Shown in pieces: positions 1 to 9,842 of a DNA stretch of 64,000 nucleotides. The stretch spans positions 12,387 through 76,386 of the IMG/VR virus record IMGVR_UViG_3300033143_005857; one strand, written 5' to 3'. The position numbers and the translations under genes were made by a program. The stretch is from a virus. The notes beneath the pieces were generated by a model. The model did not search any database, was not told the origin of the DNA, and worked only from the letters and a program-made list of their open reading frames with translations. Numbering within the stretch: the first letter of the stretch is position 1; every line of letters begins with the position of its first letter.

Positions 1-2
1 TG

Positions 3-677
3 CATGGAAAAGTAGCAAAAATAGGCGAATCATTTACAATTCGAAAAGGAAAGAGTATGACTCAGCCACCACTTCATCCATTTTGTCGATGTGGTGTATC
101 TCCAGCATTCAATAAGCCATTCAAACCAAAGAAAGTTGCACCAAAGCCTAAAAAACCAATTACGAAGTATAAAGGATTTGTTGATAACGATTTGGCTATC
201 GTTAAGAAAATTGTTGGTTTGATACCAGACGAAATTAAGCAAAAAGTTAAAGTTCTTAACGGAACTCATCCTATTGTTAAAGTAAAAGGGAGGCTATTTG
301 ATGATAAAGAAGTTAGAGCGATAATACCAGCAGCCACACTGACAAAATATAAGAGTGCAACTGGTTTCTATATTAGTGGCAGTATAAATAAGGTTTTTCT
401 TTCAAGTGTAGCAACTAACAAGCAACTCATACATGAAATCGGACATGCAATCTATGACGAGTATTTCAGTTCCAATAAACGAGGAAAGTGGATTTTCATG
501 CATCAATTGCATACTATGTCTGGAGATTTCATTACTCCACGAGCATCAGTGAATCCAGACGAACATTTTGCAGATGCATTGAGAACGTTTATACTTAACC
601 CAGAAGTGCTCAAAACAAAATTCCCAGAATTATATGATTTTATTTTAGAAAATGTCTTTTTTGGTAAAGAGTTTTAG
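3..677 (+). CDS. MuF/SPP1 gp7-like head morphogenesis protein (5'-partial) with C-terminal zincin metallopeptidase domain
   Basis: Frame open from window start (HGKVAKIG...PPLHPFCRC, the MuF C-terminal signature), then HEIGH and downstream DEHFA zinc-ligand motifs. Confidence 0.75.
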   Translation, partial: HGKVAKIGESFTIRKGKSMTQPPLHPFCRCGVSPAFNKPFKPKKVAPKPKKPITKYKGFVDNDLAIVKKIVGLIPDEIKQKVKVLNGTHPIVKVKGRLFDDKEVRAIIPAATLTKYKSATGFYISGSINKVFLSSVATNKQLIHEIGHAIYDEYFSSNKRGKWIFMHQLHTMSGDFITPRASVNPDEHFADALRTFILNPEVLKTKFPELYDFILENVFFGKEF

Positions 678-689
678 GATTGATAAAAA

Positions 690-995
690 ATGGATTATGT
701 AGAAATTTACTACAACAATACAAAAATTGGCTATATTGCACAAGATAGTGAAGGACTTATATACGTCAATGCGAAAGACGACGGATACATTTCAATCTTA
801 AAGAGTTTTTTAATTCCGTTTAGAATAGATAAAGCAAGCGTTGAAGGAGACGTTAGCATATCAGAAGATTCCGTTATATTATCATCAGATCCAGACTGGA
901 TAAATTATCTTGAGTATAACTTGCCTAAAGACTATACAACGTCTGAGTTAAAGAATACAACCAAGAAAAAGTTTGTAAACAAAGGATTTGGTTAG
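690..995 (+). CDS. hypothetical protein (possible immunity partner of the MuF toxin domain)
   Basis: 101-aa ORF directly after the MuF-peptidase; function inferred from position only. Confidence 0.5.
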   Translation: MDYVEIYYNNTKIGYIAQDSEGLIYVNAKDDGYISILKSFLIPFRIDKASVEGDVSISEDSVILSSDPDWINYLEYNLPKDYTTSELKNTTKKKFVNKGFG

Positions 996-1611
996 ATTGG
1001 TGCAAGATTTAGACCTATTACAACCTCTCATAGACGGTTTAGATAATTGGGTCTTAGCATTTAAAAAGGGAATGGGTGCTTATATTGAAAAGACTATACA
1101 AGATATCTTTGTTCGTCAAGGACCACCAACAGATGACACAGACCCACTAAATCCAAGGGGTTTGAATCCTCAATGGAAACCTCTAAGCTGGATTACTGTT
1201 CAATTAAAGGGTTCAAGTGCAATTTTGTTAGATACAAGACAAATGGCTAATTTTGTGCGATGGGAAATAGAAGATAGTGAATGGGACGACCAGCAACAAA
1301 TAGTTAAAATAGGATGGTTTGAAGATGCTGGAGATCGTGTGTTTATTGCAGCAATTCATGAATTTGGGCTGACTGGAACAACATTTAAAACTCCAGACGG
1401 ACAAATAATGGGAGGAGAACCAATAGGACGAACAGCGACTGCACGAGCTGGTGTTCGTTCATGGTTCTATAAAACTCTTGGTTTGAAAGTGACTGGTCGT
1501 GTGATAATACCAGAAAGATCCATGCTTAGAAAGGCTGCTGATATTATTGTTCCAGACTTGGAAGATATGGCATGGGCAAGCTTTTTAAGCTTTTTGCGTG
1601 GTATAATATAA
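988..1611 (+). CDS. virion morphogenesis / neck protein (Mu gpG-like)
   Basis: WKPLS..T...K, LLDT, AAIHEFG and IPERSML motifs typical of this family. Confidence 0.65.
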   Translation: MVRLVQDLDLLQPLIDGLDNWVLAFKKGMGAYIEKTIQDIFVRQGPPTDDTDPLNPRGLNPQWKPLSWITVQLKGSSAILLDTRQMANFVRWEIEDSEWDDQQQIVKIGWFEDAGDRVFIAAIHEFGLTGTTFKTPDGQIMGGEPIGRTATARAGVRSWFYKTLGLKVTGRVIIPERSMLRKAADIIVPDLEDMAWASFLSFLRGII

Positions 1612-1623
1612 TAAGGGATTGAT

Positions 1624-2274
1624 ATGGGTTGCACAAAGTGTGAAATGGTTAAAACTGTTCAAAGAGTAGCCAAAAGCAACAAGGACAAACAAACAAAGGT
1701 TGCTCTCAGTAGTCGTGTAGTATTTGAAAGAATGGATAAATTATCTAAGTTTTCCAAGCCTATCGGTGCATTAAAACAACATAGCAACGAAAAAATAACA
1801 CAGAAATCGTTTGTGGTTCAAACGAAGGGGACTGGTAATTCTCTTGCGAGATATAAATACTATTTTGGAGAACAATTAAAACTCAAAATGCAACCATTTT
1901 CAAATATTATAGAATACGACAAAATTAGAGAACAGTTAAACAATATTGATGATAAATTATGGACAGCAAAGCGAGAATATGAAAGAAGTATGCTTGCAAC
2001 AGATCCAGAAGAAGAATTGCTTAAGGTTAGAATTGCTGCACGAAAATCGATGTTTGTTGGAAATAGCAAGCCAGCAGTTAGTGAAGGTGTTGTATATTTA
2101 GAGAGTGCTGTAATTCAACCAAAGCAAGATAATAATGCTAAGTCTGATGGTTTGTTAGATTGTATGTTAGACTCTGTAAATGAAGCAGAAGCAAAGAGAA
2201 AGTTGCATGCTGCTATAAAACGTGAACAACCAATGCTTAGCGACGATGTTATAGAAGATCTAATTGGGGAATAA
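1624..2274 (+). CDS. hypothetical protein
   Basis: 216-aa ORF in the head operon. Confidence 0.6.
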   Translation: MGCTKCEMVKTVQRVAKSNKDKQTKVALSSRVVFERMDKLSKFSKPIGALKQHSNEKITQKSFVVQTKGTGNSLARYKYYFGEQLKLKMQPFSNIIEYDKIREQLNNIDDKLWTAKREYERSMLATDPEEELLKVRIAARKSMFVGNSKPAVSEGVVYLESAVIQPKQDNNAKSDGLLDCMLDSVNEAEAKRKLHAAIKREQPMLSDDVIEDLIGE

Positions 2275-2277
2275 ACA

Positions 2278-2427
2278 ATGCCAAACAATCCTATATCACA
2301 AGAAACACGAGAACAGATCGAACAATTATCGAGAAAGGACTTTGCAATAAATCGAATAGCCAAATTGACAAATACGTGCAGACCAACTGTTAGAAAGTAT
2401 CAACACCTTATGAACGAAGCAGATTAA
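2278..2427 (+). CDS. small helix-turn-helix protein (49 aa, not in ORF track)
   Basis: Manual translation MPNNPISQETREQIEQLSRKDFAINRIAKLTNTCRPTVRKYQHLMNEAD, with an IA..T...R.TV.KY HTH pattern. Confidence 0.6.
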   Translation: MPNNPISQETREQIEQLSRKDFAINRIAKLTNTCRPTVRKYQHLMNEAD

Positions 2428-2466
2428 CATACTTTTATTATTTTTAATATCTAAGCGATCTCAGTC

Positions 2467-2481
2467 AAAATTTACATATAT
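2467..2481 (+). promoter_or_regulatory. putative late promoter motif AAAATTTACATATAT
   Basis: Identical 15-mer at 2467, 5554, 17468, 22695 and 33430; TATA-like; this copy precedes the protease/capsid genes. Confidence 0.7.
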
Positions 2482-2534
2482 TTAGTGATAACAATATCAA
2501 CTTAACTTAACCTTAAAATTGGTTGATATTTTTT

Positions 2535-3632
2535 ATGAGTCAAACAGTAACTGAACAGATAGCTGAAGAATACATTTCTCTAAGCGTAAAAACTGAAGAC
2601 GTGTATTCCCAAGGTGGAAGCTTATTCTTTGTAGCGAAAGCCTTAGTAGAAGCGTTCGTTCCAGTTGAAGTTATGGAGCAGTATGCGTGGACTGGTAAGG
2701 GGAAAGAGGCACGATGGAGACACGAATTACCAGAAGACGATGTAAACGTTCTTATAGGACACATGCACGATTGTTGGTTTGAAGACGGAGGTGTTAAAGC
2801 GTTTGTTGAAATTTGGGGATATAAAGAATCTCTAAAAGAAAAGCAAGCAAAAATAGAATCTGGAGAGTTTAGTGTTTCTCTTGGTTTTAAAAAAACATAC
2901 GACGAAGCCAACGAAAATATTGTAGGAATTTACATTCGGGAGATAAGTCTTACTCCAACACCACAATGCACTTTAGAACTTGGTTGCTCTATCGAATCAA
3001 TTATAGCATTAGAAGAAACAGATGAAGTTGAAAATACAATGCCAGACAACAACGAAATGATAGAATTGCTACAAAAAACTGTTATTTCTGAAAATACGAC
3101 GTTAAAGGCTCTGTCTAATGAACGTCTCGAACAAATTACCACGTTGGAAGCAACGGTATCTGCTATGGAAGAACGAATCGTTTCTTCAAATTCTATCATA
3201 TCAGAACAAGGTGAAAAAATAACTACTCTCGAGAAACAAGTAGACGAAGCAGAATCCAAGTTGGGACAATCTGTGACAACTGGTATTCGCAACGAGATTA
3301 TCGCACTTTTAGAAATTACGGACGAAAAAGCCAAAGAAGCTGAGTTTGAAGAACTTTCACAACTTAGCATTGAACAATTAAAAAGAGAGAAAAAGCGAAT
3401 CGAAAGGATCACTACACTAACACAGAAGAAGGCTAAAAAAACATTAGGACAACAGCCAATCTTTTCTTCTGATTTAGAGAATAGTGAAGAAGAAATTTCA
3501 GAGCTTGATAAGTTGACGCCAGAGCAACTTGCAGCAAAAGTAAACCCAGAATTTGCACAATATTTAAAAAAACGCAATGCTACTCCCGCTGGGTTTGACG
3601 TCAAAGATGGCAATGTGCCAATGATTGATTAG
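2535..3632 (+). CDS. prohead protease-scaffold fusion
   Basis: N-terminal HK97-type protease-like motifs (RH, SLGF, REISLTPTP), acidic coiled-coil C-terminus, position upstream of capsid genes. Confidence 0.7.
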   Translation: MSQTVTEQIAEEYISLSVKTEDVYSQGGSLFFVAKALVEAFVPVEVMEQYAWTGKGKEARWRHELPEDDVNVLIGHMHDCWFEDGGVKAFVEIWGYKESLKEKQAKIESGEFSVSLGFKKTYDEANENIVGIYIREISLTPTPQCTLELGCSIESIIALEETDEVENTMPDNNEMIELLQKTVISENTTLKALSNERLEQITTLEATVSAMEERIVSSNSIISEQGEKITTLEKQVDEAESKLGQSVTTGIRNEIIALLEITDEKAKEAEFEELSQLSIEQLKREKKRIERITTLTQKKAKKTLGQQPIFSSDLENSEEEISELDKLTPEQLAAKVNPEFAQYLKKRNATPAGFDVKDGNVPMID

Positions 3633-3643
3633 GAGAAAAGACA

Positions 3644-4525
3644 ATGAGCATAGAAGCATATCCAAATAGGACAACCTTTATTGCAGACAAATATTATCTG
3701 AAAAATGGTGTAGCAGTTAAGACGATGGATGTTATGGCTTTAACTGGTAATACTGTTAATGGACGATTAGAAGTAGACAAGATGAGTGGATCTTATACTA
3801 AAGACAAAGTAGTTGGAGTGACCCCAAACTCGCTTGATGCAGCTTATATTGACCGTGCTATTACTATTGGTGTAAAAGGACCGATGGTTGTTAAATTAGC
3901 AAAAGCAGTTGTAGCAAATCAAGCATTGCAAGGATCTTCTGGAACAATAACAGAAACTTTTAGCGGAGACAATACCGCACAGCAAGCAGTTGTTGTTGAA
4001 GCAGTTCCAATTGCAACCGTGACCAGTTTCAAGGAAGATAACCCAACAACTTTAACACGTATTACTGATGGGACAGCTCCTTCAACTAATGAATATTCGC
4101 TTGATGATACAACTGGTGCATTAATTATCGGTGGAACTTCAGTATCTGGAACAGATAACTACACGCTTATCTTCACAATCGACAGCGGACGGTTAGAACC
4201 GTTTGAAGAATTTGTTGAAGAAGTATTAACAGCAGCAGCCAACGTGATAACTTTATCACATGAACCAGATTTTATTGAATTTGTTGATCGAACAACTGGA
4301 ACTGCAACTGGTGGAACTACGCTTATTATTGGTGGAACAGTTGCAACTGGGGAGGGATTATTAGATAGAACTGCAAAGACAATAACGTTTTATGCAACAG
4401 ACGCTGTTTTAACAGCAACTATTCGTTATAAACCGAAAAATTATCGCCATTGTGCAAGAGCATTAGAATCAAAAGCCGCTGGAGAACAGTGCAATGTTTA
4501 CTTTGAAGGAGTTGAGGCTGCATGA
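3644..4525 (+). CDS. head decoration / cement protein
   Basis: Lies between scaffold and MCP; Gly/Thr-rich beta protein ending in RALE.AAG...V. Confidence 0.55.
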   Translation: MSIEAYPNRTTFIADKYYLKNGVAVKTMDVMALTGNTVNGRLEVDKMSGSYTKDKVVGVTPNSLDAAYIDRAITIGVKGPMVVKLAKAVVANQALQGSSGTITETFSGDNTAQQAVVVEAVPIATVTSFKEDNPTTLTRITDGTAPSTNEYSLDDTTGALIIGGTSVSGTDNYTLIFTIDSGRLEPFEEFVEEVLTAAANVITLSHEPDFIEFVDRTTGTATGGTTLIIGGTVATGEGLLDRTAKTITFYATDAVLTATIRYKPKNYRHCARALESKAAGEQCNVYFEGVEAA

Positions 4526-5505
4526 GCTACATACCAAACAACCTAAGAGGACCAGACGACAATTTAGGGCAATGGACTCGCCAATATCCATCGCTTCTAA
4601 AAAAGAATTTTATTGGAATTTCACGTATTTGGGACAAACAAGCTCCTCCAGTGACATTTCAATTGCTGCCACCAAGACCTATGCCTTTCCATTTCGCATG
4701 GCAAGTTGCTATTGATCCATCAATAATGGCTCCTTACGTGCAAGAAGGTGCAGACACTCCAATGGCTGACAGTGAGCAGAAAACAGAGAACTTTGTTTGC
4801 AAAGAAGCAAGACTTGGATCAAAAATCTCTCAACGTGCAATTAGCTTTGGTATTAAAAACATTGTGCAACGGAAAGTGACCAATCTTGTAGATGCAGTTA
4901 ATCTTACTCGTGTTTGGGAAAATATTCAAGCATTGACTGGAACTAATGCAAATCAATCGCTTGCTCTTACAAGATTGAATACTGCTGTTGCTGGACAACC
5001 TCACGGAAGTGGAACTGCGAAAGGTTGGGACGAAGAATCAAACACTTTACTCAAAGATATTATAGCCATGAAGACTGACATCCAAAAGAAAAGCGGACAC
5101 ATGCCAGAATGGTTGTTCCTCCCAATTGATGAGTATGAATATCTCCATGATGACTCAAACATTTTAGACCAACTGAAATATACAAGCGGAACTTTGCTTG
5201 TTGATGGTAGATTGACCCGAATCAAAGGATTGAAAATTGTAATTGTGCCTCACTTCTGGAAAGAACGTGCAAAAACTGGTGTAGAAACTAAACACTGGCT
5301 TTTACAAGACAAAGCAATTGTTGCGTGTAGTAATATTGGTTTTACAGCAGTTGCAGAACCTCAATCTGGATCTGCTCCAGTAATGGATCGATGGTATGAA
5401 AAGAAAGCACGAAGTGTGTTTATTCACGGCTACAGCTCATTTACCTCTGTTATTGAAGACTATGGTAAAATTGGTATTATTAGCGGAACAAACTCAAAGG
5501 TGTAG
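4522..5505 (+). CDS. major capsid protein (HK97 fold)
   Basis: 327 aa, APYVQEGADTP motif, canonical position, followed by an oligo-T terminator. Confidence 0.8.
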   Translation: MSYIPNNLRGPDDNLGQWTRQYPSLLKKNFIGISRIWDKQAPPVTFQLLPPRPMPFHFAWQVAIDPSIMAPYVQEGADTPMADSEQKTENFVCKEARLGSKISQRAISFGIKNIVQRKVTNLVDAVNLTRVWENIQALTGTNANQSLALTRLNTAVAGQPHGSGTAKGWDEESNTLLKDIIAMKTDIQKKSGHMPEWLFLPIDEYEYLHDDSNILDQLKYTSGTLLVDGRLTRIKGLKIVIVPHFWKERAKTGVETKHWLLQDKAIVACSNIGFTAVAEPQSGSAPVMDRWYEKKARSVFIHGYSSFTSVIEDYGKIGIISGTNSKV

Positions 5506-5516
5506 GAAAATACCAT

Positions 5517-5541
5517 TATTTTTTTTCTATTTTTTCTATTT
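5517..5541 (+). terminator. oligo-T (archaeal-type) terminator
   Basis: T-tracts (TTTTTTTTCTATTTTTTCTATTT) right after the MCP stop. Confidence 0.55.
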
Positions 5542-5553
5542 GTATTTGTGTCC

Positions 5554-5568
5554 AAAATTTACATATAT
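5554..5568 (+). promoter_or_regulatory. putative late promoter motif
   Basis: AAAATTTACATATAT upstream of the neck/tail operon. Confidence 0.7.
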
Positions 5569-5610
5569 TTTTGACAACCATTTCTTATTTAAAATTGGGT
5601 GTTTTACAGC

Positions 5611-5925
5611 ATGACTTTTAAACCTACAAGAGAACAAGACTTTCAGAACCTAACCGCTACTGTTGCTGGACAAGCTGCTGTATTAGCAAGAACTTATGTC
5701 AAAACATTGATTCAAGTAGATACTGTAGACGCAAGTATACGTATCGCAATTAATGGTATTGTTGCTGTTGCTGATATGGATGGAACAAAGGCGATAAAGG
5801 TTAATTATGGCACAGATTTATACATCGACAACCATTATGTAGAATCAATATCATTTATTCGTGATACTGGCGAGGTTTCTGACGTTGACTTTCATATCTT
5901 TGGAATGTCACGCAAATTTAATTGA
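5611..5925 (+). CDS. hypothetical virion protein
   Basis: ATG at 5611 downstream of the late motif. Confidence 0.55.
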   Translation: MTFKPTREQDFQNLTATVAGQAAVLARTYVKTLIQVDTVDASIRIAINGIVAVADMDGTKAIKVNYGTDLYIDNHYVESISFIRDTGEVSDVDFHIFGMSRKFN

Positions 5926-5939
5926 AAATGGTGAATTAA

Positions 5940-6431
5940 ATGACAACTAACTGGAAAAAGCACAAACCAAAGGTAGCGTTTTACTGTTTTGGTGATAGTT
6001 CACGTCAGTTAGATATAGACAATATAGTTATGGAAGACGCTGTTTTACTGCTAAATTCAGAATTAGATAAACTTAAAGAAAATCTTTCAGCAACAGCAAA
6101 CAAAACAGATCCAATGTTATTGCAAGCAATTGTATTTTTTGCTTGTCATTTAACTGTTAAGGCTGGAAGAGCAAACGAACGAAGCGGAAAAGTAGTATCT
6201 GAAAGTATGGATGGAATGAGTGTAAGTTATGAATCAGTTGGGTTAGAAAAAATAACACAACGCAACCAACCAAAAGATTTTTACAGTTCTGCTGTTGATA
6301 TGATTAATAGATACGCTGAAAAGTATCTACCTTCAAGAAAAACAGTGCCGTATGCTATTGCAAACAGTAGAAGTGGAATACTTGACGGACTCTATGATAA
6401 ATACACGGATAGATTTACACATGGCATTTAA
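5940..6431 (+). CDS. head-tail adaptor-like protein
   Basis: Position; helical N-half then V.SES.DG.SVSY typical of adaptors; GGTGA RBS. Confidence 0.6.
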   Translation: MTTNWKKHKPKVAFYCFGDSSRQLDIDNIVMEDAVLLLNSELDKLKENLSATANKTDPMLLQAIVFFACHLTVKAGRANERSGKVVSESMDGMSVSYESVGLEKITQRNQPKDFYSSAVDMINRYAEKYLPSRKTVPYAIANSRSGILDGLYDKYTDRFTHGI

Positions 6432-6792
6432 CAACTTTGCACCACTGATCCGAAGTCATAAAAGGGAATTTATACTTATATCAAGAACTTCTGGTGTAAG
6501 AGACCCTTTAACAAGCAGATTTAGGAAAGGTTCAGCAGATGACGGTATAAAATGTAATGGTGTGTTTGAAACAGTGACAGAAAAGGATTTGAAAAAACAT
6601 CCAGATTTTGAATTGTTAAGTTCTGACTTAAAACTAACCACTACTCCCGAAATGATAAAAAAGCATATCCCAACGTTGAAAGAGAAAATTGTGTATAATG
6701 GTTTAACATATTGGACTCATCGCATTGTAAATAAAGTGCATTACGGTAATTATTATATAATTTTTTTGAAAAAGGAGGAAACAAGCGTATGA
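6421..6792 (+). CDS. head closure protein
   Basis: Position and size in the neck module; beta-rich. Confidence 0.5.
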   Translation: MAFNNFAPLIRSHKREFILISRTSGVRDPLTSRFRKGSADDGIKCNGVFETVTEKDLKKHPDFELLSSDLKLTTTPEMIKKHIPTLKEKIVYNGLTYWTHRIVNKVHYGNYYIIFLKKEETSV

Positions 6793-7376
6793 TTACACGT
6801 GCAGAGCAAAAAGCACTGTTTGACAGTATAAATGGCGATTTAACAATAAATACTGTTCCAGATGGTTCTGGAAATGATGTAGTTATACCAATCGAAGTAA
6901 ATTGGGGATTTGAACCAATAGAACTTGTTTTACCTTCTATTACTATAAACTTCATAGTGTATGGAAGACCTAAGGAACGAACTCTCGGAGATTTATGGAG
7001 AGATACACCAGAAGGTTATTATATAGGTTATATTGCAACTTATAGTTTATTGGTTAAAATTAGAACAGCAGATCATACAGACTCTGATAATAATTTTATC
7101 GAAAAAACTGATATTGCTGAATCTTTGTATGATAGAGTATTCAAACAAGCACTACATTTTTGGGACAGTTTAGTTGACGAAGGTTCTGTGGAAGATGGAG
7201 GTATTGAGCCAGCAACAGATGTTTCGCAATTGTTAGGGCTTGAAGGTTTAAAAGAATTACAATTAACTATAAGGATCAAAAAATTGACTGGTGGAGTTCC
7301 AAACGAACAAGGACCAGTTCTTTTCTCGACTGCTCCGACAATACTTAGTGTTGACGGTATAGTTGAATTTGCCTAA
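6789..7376 (+). CDS. tail terminator / completion protein
   Basis: Immediately upstream of sheath; LPSITI motif. Confidence 0.5.
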   Translation: MITRAEQKALFDSINGDLTINTVPDGSGNDVVIPIEVNWGFEPIELVLPSITINFIVYGRPKERTLGDLWRDTPEGYYIGYIATYSLLVKIRTADHTDSDNNFIEKTDIAESLYDRVFKQALHFWDSLVDEGSVEDGGIEPATDVSQLLGLEGLKELQLTIRIKKLTGGVPNEQGPVLFSTAPTILSVDGIVEFA

Positions 7377-7391
7377 AAAAAGTGAAAAAAA

Positions 7392-8678
7392 ATGGGAAGA
7401 TATCTACAAATAGCAATTTCGACGGACGGGTTGTATACGGTTGGTTCTCGCTCGTGGGGAAATGTAGGCATTGTAGGACGTGGTATCGGTGCTGGGTTTA
7501 CTGCTAATGAGGCATATACAATCAGAAGTCCAGCAGACGCAGAAACTCTGTTCGGTATTACCAGTTCATTATACAAGTCTATTCTCTTACTGTTCGAAAA
7601 TGGTGCTACTAAAGTTATAGCAGTAGCTGCTGAAGTGACCGCTGACTCACAAGAATTATTCAATGGTGATGGTTCTACTAAAGTGTTTACAGTGACCGAA
7701 ATACCAGTGCAACCTCTTGATACTGTTGCTGTTGACGCTGGTGCAAAAACCGAAGGTATTGATTTTACTGTTGATTACGGTAATAAGCAAATTATCTTTG
7801 TTGTAGCTCCTCCAGCTGGAACTGATAATGTTGCAATAGATTATTCAAGACATTCTGTTGCACATATTCAAGCTGGACTTGCTGCATTAACAACTGAAGA
7901 TGTGCAAATTATGGTTCTTGCACAAACATACGAAACAACGTTGCTCAGTGAACTTAAAACGCATTGTGTTGCAACAGAAAGCACATCTCCTCGACGAGGC
8001 TATTATATGCTTCCAAATGGAAGCACTACATTGACTCTTGCCACAACTCTTGCATCATATTTGAGCACATTAATTGCACATAAATCTCTTAAAGATGCTG
8101 CTGCTGGTTGTGCTGGAAAGGTTGCAAGCTTAGCACCTTGGAAAGATCTAACAATGAAAACTGTTTCTGGGTTGCAACAAAGTGGACGGTTTACTCAAAG
8201 CGAAATTGATGCATTTGATGAAGTTTTTATTGTGACTATGTTTGATCCTCCAAAATTAACTGGAACTGCTGTTGTATTTAGCACTGGATGGACTATTGAC
8301 GATACTGCTGCATTTCAGTTTATTGATCAAATACGTGTTGCTTTTCATCTTACTGGTGTGCTTGATTATGGATTAACAAATCCAAACATTATTGGAGAAT
8401 TAAAAATGAACCGTTCTGGTTTACAACAATTGGATACATATATGAGATCGTTGTTGACTCCTTGGGTTAATGCTGGTGAAATTGACAATTATGTTATTGA
8501 TAATCCAGCATTACGTTTGTTTGAATTGACAGAACCAGAAGCATCAGAAGTTGCTGCTATGGCTGCATTACAAGCAGCAAGAAGGGTTGAAGGTGCATAC
8601 CAAGTTGGTGTGCAATTAATTTATAGCGGAACTATTATATTTCTGAAAATGAATGTTTCTCTAACTGGAGGAGTGTAA
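7392..8678 (+). CDS. tail sheath protein
   Basis: 428 aa; I.SP.DAE.LFG, ENGA.KV, NIIGE..N, GEI.NY sheath motifs. Confidence 0.8.
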   Translation: MGRYLQIAISTDGLYTVGSRSWGNVGIVGRGIGAGFTANEAYTIRSPADAETLFGITSSLYKSILLLFENGATKVIAVAAEVTADSQELFNGDGSTKVFTVTEIPVQPLDTVAVDAGAKTEGIDFTVDYGNKQIIFVVAPPAGTDNVAIDYSRHSVAHIQAGLAALTTEDVQIMVLAQTYETTLLSELKTHCVATESTSPRRGYYMLPNGSTTLTLATTLASYLSTLIAHKSLKDAAAGCAGKVASLAPWKDLTMKTVSGLQQSGRFTQSEIDAFDEVFIVTMFDPPKLTGTAVVFSTGWTIDDTAAFQFIDQIRVAFHLTGVLDYGLTNPNIIGELKMNRSGLQQLDTYMRSLLTPWVNAGEIDNYVIDNPALRLFELTEPEASEVAAMAALQAARRVEGAYQVGVQLIYSGTIIFLKMNVSLTGGV

Positions 8679-8679
8679 A

Positions 8680-9150
8680 ATGCCAAGCGATTGGAAAGCC
8701 AAATTATTTGTTAGTGTAATAACAGCCGACGGACAACAACTTTTAACACCAATTGTTGATATTAATCCAACATTCAATACACCAAATGTTCCAGAACATT
8801 CTCTCGAAGGAGATGGTGTAGGTGTGACTATGGGAAATGATACTTTTGCCTTTAATCTAACAGTTAAAGCATTAAGAGATCAAGTATCTGGAACAAATCC
8901 AGCAGAAGTAATGTCGAAATTACAACTAAAGCATGAAAAGTTTAATATCGTGATTGTTGAACGAGACACCAACATATCTGGAGGAAAAAATTGGGCATTT
9001 GACAGCCTTATGCTTGAAGATTGTTATGTAAATACTGGTTCGCCAAGCAGAGCAACACTTGGCACTTCACCAGTTGCAGTATTTAACTGTATGTGTTTGG
9101 GTGTTAATGTAGATGGAGAGTATTATAATGGATTCAAACCCCCAGCATAA
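8680..9150 (+). CDS. tail tube protein
   Basis: 156 aa directly after sheath. Confidence 0.7.
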   Translation: MPSDWKAKLFVSVITADGQQLLTPIVDINPTFNTPNVPEHSLEGDGVGVTMGNDTFAFNLTVKALRDQVSGTNPAEVMSKLQLKHEKFNIVIVERDTNISGGKNWAFDSLMLEDCYVNTGSPSRATLGTSPVAVFNCMCLGVNVDGEYYNGFKPPA

Positions 9151-9682
9151 TAGCCTACTTGACATAAAGCAGATGGTTCAATTTGGCACAAGAAAGCCAG
9201 AGGACTATTCTATTCTTTTTTATAAAGAAGTTTATGGCAAGGAAGTTAAAGTAAAAATACGAGGACTAAGTAATTACGAATATGATGAAATTAGTCTGGA
9301 AATGTATGCAGATATTAAAGATCCAGCAACAATCAAGTATGTATTTAATCCAACTCAGCCAAAGATTAAGGCAGAAACTGAAGAAACTGAGAAGGACGAA
9401 TTAGATACAGACCTACCAGAAAATATAAATTTGATTGAATATACAAGAGCACTAACAATTCGTAATGCTCTTATTGTATATTATGCAATGAGGGATTTTT
9501 ATCCAGACTTCACGCTTAATGATGTTAGACAATTGGAAGGAATCGATGAAATTGCACATAGAGTTAATGATAAATCTGGACGAACTGAAGAAGTAATGGA
9601 AAAAATCAAATTTTTTCGTGAACAACAACGAAAGCTCGACACTTCGGTATCTTCTGGAGAAGGGACACAAACTGTGCAATGA
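9128..9682 (+). CDS. tail assembly chaperone (G-like)
   Basis: Between tube and tape measure; VKIRGLS..E pattern. Confidence 0.65.
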   Translation: MDSNPQHNSLLDIKQMVQFGTRKPEDYSILFYKEVYGKEVKVKIRGLSNYEYDEISLEMYADIKDPATIKYVFNPTQPKIKAETEETEKDELDTDLPENINLIEYTRALTIRNALIVYYAMRDFYPDFTLNDVRQLEGIDEIAHRVNDKSGRTEEVMEKIKFFREQQRKLDTSVSSGEGTQTVQ

Positions 9683-9842
9683 TATTGACCAATATACAGA
9701 AGCTCAAGTTTTTTTTATGTTGTTGGTTGAAGAAAAGGCTTATTCAGATTCAGTTTTACCAGAAAAGTCGTTTTTAACAATTTCATCTGATGACGGAAAA
9801 GAAGAAATGAAACGTAAATTTGCAATGTGGAAAGGGAAATAA
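9618..9842 (+). CDS. tail assembly chaperone extension (T-like), probably reached by frameshift
   Basis: Overlapping +1 frame beginning at TTT TTT CGT (9611-9619) and ending 1 nt before the TMP start. Confidence 0.55.
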   Translation: MNNNESSTLRYLLEKGHKLCNDIDQYTEAQVFFMLLVEEKAYSDSVLPEKSFLTISSDDGKEEMKRKFAMWKGK

